Shown: positions 10,732-18,154 of the stretch, in pieces
Numbering within the stretch: position 1 is the first letter of the stretch
Layout of the letters: each line of letters starts with the position of its first letter
Assembly: GCF_000014785.1 (NCBI RefSeq)
Contig: NC_008340.1
Location: 450,001-482,000 of the forward strand
From: Alkalilimnicola ehrlichii MLHE-1
GTDB taxonomy: Bacteria > Pseudomonadota > Gammaproteobacteria > Nitrococcales > Halorhodospiraceae
Length of the DNA: 32,000 nt
Direction: 5' to 3'
Made by a program: the position numbers and the translations under genes
Notes under the pieces: generated by a model
What the model was told of the DNA's origin: nothing
What the model saw: only the letters and a program-made list of their open reading frames with translations
The model's database searches: none

Positions 10732-10774
10732 ATCGCGACACCGACAGCGGGGCCTTGCCCCCCGGAGCTGAGCC

Positions 10775-12226
10775 ATGAGCGCAGTAGTCGACCGACTGGA
10801 CATCGCCCGGCAACGGATACTGGCGCCGGCCGGGTTGGAGGAGCAGCACCTGGAGCAGGCCTTTGCCCGGCTGATGGGCCCGGGCGTCGATGCCGCCGAC
10901 ATCTATTTCCAGAGCGCCCGCAGCGAGGGCTGGGTGATGGAGGACGGCCGGGTCCGTGAAGGCACCCGCGGCATCGACCAGGGCGTGGGCGTGCGGGCGA
11001 TCAGTGGCGAGCAGAGCGGGTTCGCCTACTCGGACGAGATCGTCCTGCCGGCGCTGATGGAGGCCTCGGGCAGCGCCCGTGCCATCGCCCGCAGCGGCCA
11101 GAGCGGCCGGCTGCAGGCCTGGCACCGTGGCGAGGGCCACGCCCTCTATCCCACCGACAACCCCCTGGACGGGCTGAGCGCCGACGACAAGGTGGCCCTG
11201 CTCAAGGCCGTGGACGCCGAGGCCCGGGCCCAGGACCCGCGGGTCGAGCAGGTCATCGCCACCCTCGGTGGCGTCCACGAGACCATGCTCGTCGCCTGCG
11301 CCGACGGCACCCTGGCCGCCGACGTTCGCCCGCTGGTGCGTTTCAACGTCAGCGTCCTGGTCCGCGAGGGCGACCGGCGCGAGAACGGCATGTGCGGGGG
11401 CGGCGGCCGGGTGAGCTACAGCTTCTTCCTCGACCAGGACCGCGCCCTGGGCTATGCCCGCGAGGCCGTCCGCCAGGCCCTGGTCAACCTGGAGGCCGAG
11501 GAGGCCCCGGCCGGCTCCATGCCTGTCGTGCTCGGCCCCGGCTGGCCCGGCGTGCTGCTCCACGAGGCCGTGGGCCACGGCCTGGAGGGCGACTTCAACC
11601 GCAAGGGCACCTCCGCCTTCGCCGGACGCATGGGCGAACGTGTCGCCTCACCGCTGTGCACCGTGGTCGACGACGGCACCCTGGCCAACCGCCGCGGTTC
11701 GCTCAACGTCGACGACGAGGGCACCCCCACCCGCTGCACTACCCTGATCGAAAAGGGCGTACTCAAGGGCTTCATGCAGGACAAGCTCAACGCCCGCCTG
11801 ATGGGCACAGCCTCCACCGGCAACTGCCGGCGAGAATCCTTCGCCCACCTGCCCATGCCGCGGATGACCAACACCTACATGCTCCCCGGCCCCCACGACC
11901 CGGAGGAGATTATCCGCTCGGTGGACCACGGCCTCTACGCCGTCAACTTCGGCGGCGGCCAGGTGGACATCACCTCCGGCAAGTTCGTCTTCTCCGCTAG
12001 CGAGGCCTACCTCATCGAGAAGGGCCGGATCACCACCCCGGTCAAGGGCGCCACCCTAATCGGCAACGGCCCCGACGTCCTCACCCGCGTCAGCATGGTC
12101 GGCAACGACCTGAAACTCGACGGCGGCATCGGCGTCTGCGGCAAGGAGGGCCAGAGCGTCCCGGTCGGCGTGGGCCAGCCGACCCTCAAGGTCGACGCCC
12201 TCACCGTGGGCGGCACCCGCGGCTGA
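10775..12226 (+). CDS. tldD: Metalloprotease TldD
   Basis: 483 aa with [27 protein letters not shown] (HExxxH), [36 protein letters not shown]; paired with PmbA downstream. Confidence 0.97.
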   Translation: MSAVVDRLDIARQRILAPAGLEEQHLEQAFARLMGPGVDAADIYFQSARSEGWVMEDGRVREGTRGIDQGVGVRAISGEQSGFAYSDEIVLPALMEASGSARAIARSGQSGRLQAWHRGEGHALYPTDNPLDGLSADDKVALLKAVDAEARAQDPRVEQVIATLGGVHETMLVACADGTLAADVRPLVRFNVSVLVREGDRRENGMCGGGGRVSYSFFLDQDRALGYAREAVRQALVNLEAEEAPAGSMPVVLGPGWPGVLLHEAVGHGLEGDFNRKGTSAFAGRMGERVASPLCTVVDDGTLANRRGSLNVDDEGTPTRCTTLIEKGVLKGFMQDKLNARLMGTASTGNCRRESFAHLPMPRMTNTYMLPGPHDPEEIIRSVDHGLYAVNFGGGQVDITSGKFVFSASEAYLIEKGRITTPVKGATLIGNGPDVLTRVSMVGNDLKLDGGIGVCGKEGQSVPVGVGQPTLKVDALTVGGTRG

Positions 12227-12270
12227 CCCACGCCCACGACCGGCGAGGGCAGCGAACCTGGAAAATGCCG

Positions 12271-12477
12271 GCGGGGGTTGCGGTCGAGGTGGTGCGATGA
12301 TCGGGCCGGGCGACTTTGCGCACCGAGCAACGCAGTAAAAAGGCGGAGAAAAGGCGCGCCTGTCCGAGCGAAGCGAGTTCGCGCCGCCGCCTTTTTACGA
12401 GTAGCGCAGGGGACCCCGAAGGGGTGCGCAAGTGGAGCCCGGCCCGATCATCGCACCACCCCGACCGCAGCCCCCGC
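12271..12477 (+). repeat. Foldback element copy A: 41-bp outer inverted arms around a 125-bp structured core
   Basis: Arms 12271-12311 and 12437-12477 are reverse complementary at 39/41 positions. The core contains the nested inverted repeat GTAAAAAGGCGG (12335-12346) / CCGCCTTTTTAC (12387-12398) and outer ACTT(T)GCGCACC/GGTGCGCAAGT. Confidence 0.93.
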
Positions 12478-12503
12478 AATCAGCGAAGCCAAAGGACAGC
12501 GGA

Positions 12504-13862
12504 ATGACCAATACCGTCACGCACAGCAGTCGTACCTCAGGCCTCCCCGCCAGCGCCGACATGGAGGCCCTCATCCAACAGGCCCTGGACACCGCCCGCA
12601 CCCTGGGCGCCACCGGCGCCGAGGCCGGCCTCGCCTTCGATCTCGGCCTCTCCGTCAACGTCCGCAAGGGCGAAGTCGACACCTTGGAACACCACCGGGA
12701 CCGCGGCCTCAGCGTCACCGTCTACTTCGGCCAGCGCAAGGGCAGCGCCAACACCGCCGACTTCCGCCCCGAATCCATCCGCGAGACCGTCCAGGCCGCC
12801 TGCGACATCGCCCGCTACACCTCCGAGGACCCCGCCCACGGCCTCGCCGACCCCGAACTCATGCCCCGCCAGGTCCCCGAGCTGGACCTGGAACACCCCT
12901 GGGCCCTGAACCCGGAAGAGGCCATCGACCTCGCCCGCCGCTGCGAAGCCGCCGGGCTGGCGGAAAAAGGCATCACCAACTCCGAGGGCGCGGGCGTGGC
13001 CACCCACCACACCCTCCGGGTCTACGGCAACAGCCACGGCTTCCTCGGCCACTACGCCGGCACCCGCCACAGCATGAACTGCGTCATGGTCGCCGGCGAG
13101 GGCGACCACATGCAGCGGGACTACTGGTACACCGTCGACCGCGTCCCCGAGGCCCTGGAACGGGCCGAGGACGTCGGTCGCGAGGCGGCCCGGCGCACCC
13201 TGGCGCGAATGGGCGCCCGCCAACTGGGCACCCGGCGGGTGCCGGTCCTGTTCGCCCCGCCCATGGCCCGGGGACTCATCGGCCACTTTATCGGCGCCAT
13301 TCGCGGCGGCGCCCTCTACCGCAAGGCCTCCTTCCTGCTCGACCAGTTGGGCCAGCCGGTCTTCCCGGACTTCGTGCAGATGCGGGAAGAGCCCCACCGC
13401 CCGCGTGGCCTGGGCAGCGTGCCCTTCGACCATGAGGGCGTGGCCACCCGCGAGCGGACATTGGTGCGCGACGGCGTGCTGCAGGGCTACGTGCTGGACA
13501 GCTACTCCGCCCGCCGCCTGGGCATGCAGACCACCGGCAACGCCGGCGGCGTGCACAACCTGGTGGTGGAACCAGGCCCCGACGACCAGGCCGCCCTGCT
13601 CAAGCGCATGGGGACCGGGCTACTGGTCACGGAGATGATGGGGCAGGGGGTTAACCCGGTCACCGGCGACTACTCGCGGGGGGCTACCGGCTTCTGGGTC
13701 GAGGATGGCGAGATCGCCCACCCGGTGCAGGAGATCACCGTGGCCGGCAATCTGCGGGAGATGTACGCCGGACTCACCGCGGTGGGTTGCGACGTGGACC
13801 GGCGCGGCAACATCCACACCGGCTCGCTGCTGGTGGATGCGATGACCGTCGCCGGCGAATGA
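12504..13862 (+). CDS. pmbA: Metalloprotease PmbA/TldE
   Basis: DTARTLGATGAEAGLAFDLGLSVNVRKGEVDTLEHHRDRGLSVTVYFGQRKGSANTAD...; ATG 12504 preceded by AAAGGACAGC. Confidence 0.95.
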   Translation: MTNTVTHSSRTSGLPASADMEALIQQALDTARTLGATGAEAGLAFDLGLSVNVRKGEVDTLEHHRDRGLSVTVYFGQRKGSANTADFRPESIRETVQAACDIARYTSEDPAHGLADPELMPRQVPELDLEHPWALNPEEAIDLARRCEAAGLAEKGITNSEGAGVATHHTLRVYGNSHGFLGHYAGTRHSMNCVMVAGEGDHMQRDYWYTVDRVPEALERAEDVGREAARRTLARMGARQLGTRRVPVLFAPPMARGLIGHFIGAIRGGALYRKASFLLDQLGQPVFPDFVQMREEPHRPRGLGSVPFDHEGVATRERTLVRDGVLQGYVLDSYSARRLGMQTTGNAGGVHNLVVEPGPDDQAALLKRMGTGLLVTEMMGQGVNPVTGDYSRGATGFWVEDGEIAHPVQEITVAGNLREMYAGLTAVGCDVDRRGNIHTGSLLVDAMTVAGE

Positions 13863-13929
13863 GCCGGCGCCCGGGCTGCGCACCCGGGCCGCGCGGGCCC
13901 GGGGCAGGCCCCCGGGGGAGGGGTCGCGT

Positions 13930-14244
13930 TCAGCGGCGATCGTCCAGCTTGCCGAAGCGGGTGGCGAGCACCTTCTCCAGCTTGCTGATGGCCGAACGGG
14001 CGGCGTCGTAGACGTCCTCCTCGGTGGCGCTGGCCATCACCGGATCGAGCCCATTGGGGCGGGCCTCGATGCGCACCTCCTTGTTGACGCCGCCCTTGGG
14101 CCCGTTCGTGTCGCTCATGTGGATCTCCAGGCGGGTCAGGCGATCCCCGAAGCGCTTCTCCAGCGTGCCCAGGCTCTCCTTGATGTGCTGCTCCAGGGCG
14201 TCCGAGTGGTGAACACCGTCGCCGGGGTTGATCTGAATCTGCAT
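13930..14244 (-). CDS. HPF/RaiA-like ribosome-associated (hibernation) protein
   Basis: 104 aa: MQIQINPGDGVHHSDALEQHIKESLGTLEKRFGDRLTRLEIHMSDTNGPKG...CRIEARP-like, resembles the sigma-54 modulation/S30EA N-terminal domain only. Confidence 0.75.
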   Translation of the reverse strand: MQIQINPGDGVHHSDALEQHIKESLGTLEKRFGDRLTRLEIHMSDTNGPKGGVNKEVRIEARPNGLDPVMASATEEDVYDAARSAISKLEKVLATRFGKLDDRR

Positions 14245-14323
14245 GTCGTCTCCTTAGTGTCAGGTCGGGGCCCGCCGCCGGTCGTTCAGCGACGGCGGGC
14301 CGGTCGATTCGGTTGATGGTCAA

Positions 14324-15589
14324 TCAGTTAAAGCGGCTGAGGGCCAGCGGGGCCATGTCCAGCGCAGGGGGCTCACCTGATAGCTGCTGCGCCAGCAGGT
14401 GCGACACCCCGCAGGCGAACGTCCAACCCAGGTGGCCGGTGCCGCTGTTGAGGTACAGGTTGGGCACCGGCGTCGCGCCGATGATCGGCGGCCCGTCCAT
14501 GCTCATGGGGCGCAGCCCGCACCAGTCCTCCCGTGTCTCGGGGGCGATATGATCCCGCAAACCGGGGAACGTCGCCAGTACGTTGTTGAGGACATTGTCA
14601 CAGCGCGCCGGGCGCAGTGACAAATCGTAACCGGCGAACTCGGCGGTGCCGGCCATGCGTATCCGGTCGCCGAGCCGGGCCATGACCACCTTGCGTTCGT
14701 CGTCGATCATGGGGATGCGCGGTGCACCCTCCCAGTCCGGGGTATGCAGGGTGACCGAATAGCCCTTGACCGGATAGATTGGCACCCGCAGGCCCAGCGG
14801 TCGGGTCAGCAACGGGGTGTAGCTGCCCGCCGCCAGGACCCAGGCATCCGCCTCGATCTCGCCCCGGTTGGTGCGGGCGGCGACGATGCGGCCGGCCTCC
14901 AGCCGCCAGTCCTCCACCGCGGTGTCGTTGAGCAGGCTGACCCCGTGGCGCTCGGCCGCCAGCGCCGCCAGCCGCCGGGTGAACAGGCAGGCGTCGCCGC
15001 TCTCATCCTCCGGGTAGTAGATGGCGCCCGCCAACTGTGCCCGGGCATCGCCGTAGGCCGGGTCCAGTGCCACCGTTTGGTCCGGGTCCAGCACCTGGTA
15101 GCGCACCCCCGCCTCCGCCATCAGGGTGGAGGCCTGCACCGCGCTCTCAAAGGCGGTGCGGTCGTTGAAGACCTTGAGGATGCCTTCCTGGCGGTCGTCA
15201 TAGCGCAGGCCGGTCTCGGCACGCAGGGCGCGCAGCCGCTCCAGGCTGTGGACCGCCAGCCGGGCGTTCACCGCCAGGCTGTGCTCATGGTGCCGGCGGC
15301 GGCTGTAGCGCAGAAAGCCCAGACCCCAGCGGATCAACCCCGGCACCGCCCGTGGCCGCACCAGCAGTGGGGAGTTCTCGCGGCCGATCCAACGGATCAG
15401 GTCCCAGAACACCCCGGGCCCGTTCCAGGGTTCGGCGTGACTGGCGTGCAGCAGGCCGCCGTTGGCGTGACTGGTCTCGTCGGCCATTGCCGGCGCGCGG
15501 TCGACGACCGTGACCGCGTGGCCGGCCTCCGCCAGGTACCACGCGGTCGTGATGCCGATCACGCCGCCGCCCACCACTGTCACCTTCAT
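14324..15589 (-). CDS. dadA: D-amino acid dehydrogenase, FAD-dependent small subunit
   Basis: MKVTVVGGGVIGITTAWYLAEAGHAVTVVDR (FAD-binding) and GLRPMSMDGPPIIGATPVPNLYLNSGTGHLGWTFACGVSHLLAQQLSG. Confidence 0.94.
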   Translation of the reverse strand: MKVTVVGGGVIGITTAWYLAEAGHAVTVVDRAPAMADETSHANGGLLHASHAEPWNGPGVFWDLIRWIGRENSPLLVRPRAVPGLIRWGLGFLRYSRRRHHEHSLAVNARLAVHSLERLRALRAETGLRYDDRQEGILKVFNDRTAFESAVQASTLMAEAGVRYQVLDPDQTVALDPAYGDARAQLAGAIYYPEDESGDACLFTRRLAALAAERHGVSLLNDTAVEDWRLEAGRIVAARTNRGEIEADAWVLAAGSYTPLLTRPLGLRVPIYPVKGYSVTLHTPDWEGAPRIPMIDDERKVVMARLGDRIRMAGTAEFAGYDLSLRPARCDNVLNNVLATFPGLRDHIAPETREDWCGLRPMSMDGPPIIGATPVPNLYLNSGTGHLGWTFACGVSHLLAQQLSGEPPALDMAPLALSRFN

Positions 15590-15636
15590 CGCGCCTCCTT
15601 TTGGACCGGATAGGCCGGGTATTTCAGTTGATCAGG

Positions 15637-15884
15637 TTATACACCCATTGGACAAGCCTTGTGATGGGGATGTATCCACAGAACCTGTGGATAACATTGT
15701 GGAGGAATCGGGGACACCGGCCGCAAAGCCATGAGAGACAAGGCGGGCTTCAAATTGATGCAACATTGATCAAGTCAGATTTGGTCATTGAAAAACAATG
15801 GGTTACCCGTTTGTGTCCGTTTCGGGGGCGAACAATCAAGCACTTGTGGCGCCTTGATCGCCACTGTACCCGCTGTGTGCATAA
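15637..15884. promoter_or_regulatory. DnaA-box-like cluster in intergenic region upstream of dadA
   Basis: Exact TTATNCACA matches on the minus strand at 15686-15694 (TTATCCACA) and 15876-15884 (TTATGCACA). One-mismatch boxes on the plus strand at 15637-15645 (TTATACACC) and 15672-15680 (GTATCCACA). Confidence 0.5.
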
Positions 15885-15924
15885 ACATCGCGCGAAAGCT
15901 GTATGGGGATACAGTGTCCGGGGG

Positions 15925-16653
15925 TCACAGGGCGAGCAGCCCATCAATGATCACCGCCACCCCGGATAGGGTGCAGAGGGCGAGCAGGGCCGGGCGCAGG
16001 CGTCCGGCATCCACCCAGCCGATGGCGTGGCGGGAGAGGGCCAGCCCGGCCAGGGCGGCGGGTGTCAGGGCCAGTGAAAGGAGCAGTTCGTGGTGGCCGT
16101 AATGGCCCAGCAGGGTCAGACCGGCCAGCGACATGACGGTGCCGACCAAAAAGAACCCGCCGAGATTGGCGCGCACCTGGTCACCCCGGGCGTTCTGGTA
16201 GACCAGCGCCATCGGCGGGCCGCCGATGGAGGTGCTGGTGCCCATGAAGCCGGACAGCAATCCGGCGGTGATCAGCGTGTTGCGGGTCGGGGTGATGTGC
16301 CAGCGGGCGAGGCTCGCGGCGACGCCCAGCAGCACCGCGCCACCCAGGATCAGCGACAACAGGGTGGAGGTGGCGAAACTTAGCACCCACAGGGCCAGGA
16401 GCATGCCCGGGACGCGCCCCAGCAGGGCGCTGCCCATCTCGCCGATGGCCAGCCCGGCGCGGTTGCGCCAGAGGATGATCACCGAGATGACCATGGCCAG
16501 GAACAGCACCGGGCCCGGCACCAGGTCGGGGTGGATGAGGAACAGCAACGGCGCCACGGCCAGGGCCAGGCCGAAGCCCAGCGCCCCCTGGATAAAGCAG
16601 CCGAAGGCCACCAGGAGGGAGGCGAGCAGGAGCTGAAGCAGGCTGAGTTCCAC
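15925..16653 (-). CDS. TSUP (TauE/SafE) family membrane permease
   Basis: 242 aa multi-TM with GALGFGLALAVAPLLFLI and GLLSGFMGTSTSIGGPPMALVYQ; GTG start. Confidence 0.9.
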   Translation of the reverse strand: MELSLLQLLLASLLVAFGCFIQGALGFGLALAVAPLLFLIHPDLVPGPVLFLAMVISVIILWRNRAGLAIGEMGSALLGRVPGMLLALWVLSFATSTLLSLILGGAVLLGVAASLARWHITPTRNTLITAGLLSGFMGTSTSIGGPPMALVYQNARGDQVRANLGGFFLVGTVMSLAGLTLLGHYGHHELLLSLALTPAALAGLALSRHAIGWVDAGRLRPALLALCTLSGVAVIIDGLLAL

Positions 16654-16703
16654 GTGACGCCCTTGCGGTGGTTGCGAAAGGCGTCGGATTATACCAATCG
16701 GCG

Positions 16704-17834
16704 TCAGTCGGCGGGGCGGAGCCGCAAGAGGGGCGTGCTACTGCGGTCCGGGAGGACGTAGAGATGGCCCTTGGGACCGACCCGCACGTCGCGGATGCGC
16801 CAGCCGAGTCCTTGCAGCAGGCGCTCCTGCTCCACCACGTCGGTGCCGTCCAGGCGCAACCGTTCCAGGTGGCGGTGGGCCAGGGCCCCGACGAACAGAT
16901 CACCCTGCCACTCCGGGAAGGCGTCGGCGTAGTAGAAGGCCATGCCGGAGGGGGCGATGGAGGGCGTCCAGTGGTGGATGGGGGGTTCCATGCCTGCCAC
17001 CGGCGGGTCGGGGGCGATCTCCGGGCCGTGGTACTCGGTACCGAAGGTGGCCTCCGGCCAGCCGAAGTTGAGGCCCGGGCGCGGCAGGTTGATCTCGTCA
17101 CCGCCGCGCGGGCCGTGTTCGTGCAGCCAGAGCACCCGGGTCTCCGGGTGCAGGGTCATGCCCTGGGCGTTGCGGTGGCCGTAGCTGTAGATGGCGGGCT
17201 CGGCGCCCTCGTCATCCACGAAGGGGTTGTCCGCGGGGATGCCGCCGTCGTCGTGCAGCCGCAGCAGTTTGCCGTGGTGGTTGTCCAACTGCTGTGCGCG
17301 CTCGCGCCGGCCGCGGTCGCCCATGGTCATAAAGAGATAGCCGTCGTCGTCAAAGACGATCCGCGAGCCGAAGTGGCGGCCGCCGCCGGAGTAGGGGGTG
17401 GCCGCGTACAGCAGCTCGAAGTCACGCAGGGTGTCGCCATCCAGCACACCGCGGCCCAGGTGGGTGGTCATGCCGCCGCGGCCGTAGGCGGAGTAGGTGA
17501 GGTAGACGTAGCGGTTGGTGTCGAAGTCCGGGTGCAGGGCGATGTCGAGCATACCGCCCTGGCCGGTGGCGGCGACGTCCGGGGTGCCCTCGATACGCCG
17601 GCGCTCACCGGTCCCGGCGTCGACGCGCTGCAGCCGTCCCGGGCGCTCGGTGACCAGCAGGTCGCCGTCGGGCAGGAAGGCGAGCCCCCAGGGGTGGCTG
17701 AAGCCCTGGCCCAGGCGTTCGATCTCGAAGCGGTGGTGCTGGCTGTTCTCAACGTCGGTGGCCGGTGCCAGCGTGGGGGCGGTCAGGGCGGTGAACCCGA
17801 GGCCGATCAGGATGAGGGTGCTGCTTCTGCACAT
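16704..17834 (-). CDS. PQQ-dependent sugar dehydrogenase family (glucose/sorbosone dehydrogenase-like)
   Basis: Signal peptide MCRSSTLILIGLGFTALTAPTLA then FEIERLGQGFSHPWGLAFLPDGDLLVTERPGRLQRV...HRNAQGMTLHPETRVLWLHEHGPRGGDEINL. Confidence 0.93.
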   Translation of the reverse strand: MCRSSTLILIGLGFTALTAPTLAPATDVENSQHHRFEIERLGQGFSHPWGLAFLPDGDLLVTERPGRLQRVDAGTGERRRIEGTPDVAATGQGGMLDIALHPDFDTNRYVYLTYSAYGRGGMTTHLGRGVLDGDTLRDFELLYAATPYSGGGRHFGSRIVFDDDGYLFMTMGDRGRRERAQQLDNHHGKLLRLHDDGGIPADNPFVDDEGAEPAIYSYGHRNAQGMTLHPETRVLWLHEHGPRGGDEINLPRPGLNFGWPEATFGTEYHGPEIAPDPPVAGMEPPIHHWTPSIAPSGMAFYYADAFPEWQGDLFVGALAHRHLERLRLDGTDVVEQERLLQGLGWRIRDVRVGPKGHLYVLPDRSSTPLLRLRPAD

Positions 17835-17927
17835 GGGCCGCTCCCGGGTTGGGCGGTGACAAGCGAATGATTGCCAGGGCCTGCCTCTAGGGTAGTCGGG
17901 TTTTGCCGCCGGGTCGCTTGCCGGGCC

Positions 17928-18148
17928 GAGGGGTGGTGTTGCTGCCGGGGCGGGGCGGTTAATGCCGTCAGGCCTCCGGATTGCGCACCCCTTCGGGGTC
18001 CCCTGCGCTACTCGCAAAAGAGCGGCGGCGCGAACTCGCTTCGCTCGGACAGGCGCGCCTTTTTTCCGCTCTTTTGCTGCGTTGCTCGGTGCGCAAAAGT
18101 CGGCCTGACGGCATTAACCGCCCCGCCCCGGCAGCAACACCACCCCTC
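17928..18148 (-). repeat. Foldback element copy B: 47-bp perfect outer inverted arms around a 127-bp structured core
   Basis: 17928-17974 is the exact reverse complement of 18102-18148. The reverse complement of the core is about 90% identical to the core of copy A. Nested stem GCAAAAGAGCGG (18014-18025) / CCGCTCTTTTGC (18066-18077). Confidence 0.95.
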
Positions 18149-18154
18149 CCCCGG

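Noticed and set aside
6457-10902. 1481-aa minus-strand ORF (and other long antisense ORFs such as 4420..6303 minus, 311..1645 minus, 17981..20014 plus)
   Set aside because: They lie antisense to clear conserved genes (yhdP-like, rng, proA, ilvD). Their composition is that expected of stop-poor antisense frames in high-GC DNA, with no recognisable motifs.
12278-13435. 385-aa plus-strand ORF reading through the foldback element (MRSRWCDDRAGRL...)
   Set aside because: It overlaps pmbA in another frame. The N-terminal part is only the translated repeat, and similar peptides arise from copy B (VAQGTPKGCA...).
10775-13862. Possible peptide-maturation or toxin system around tldD/pmbA
   Set aside because: TldD/TldE can process modified peptides such as microcins. 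No precursor peptide or modification enzyme is visible nearby, so this appears to be the ordinary housekeeping pair.
15601-15969. 122-aa ORF in the gap upstream of dadA (MDRIGRVFQLIRLYTHW...)
   Set aside because: TTG start, no recognisable domain, and it runs into the antisense of the TSUP permease gene. More likely non-coding regulatory DNA.
16688-16693. Perfect TATAAT on the minus strand upstream of the TSUP gene
   Set aside because: No convincing -35 at proper spacing; plausible promoter but too weak to list as a feature.
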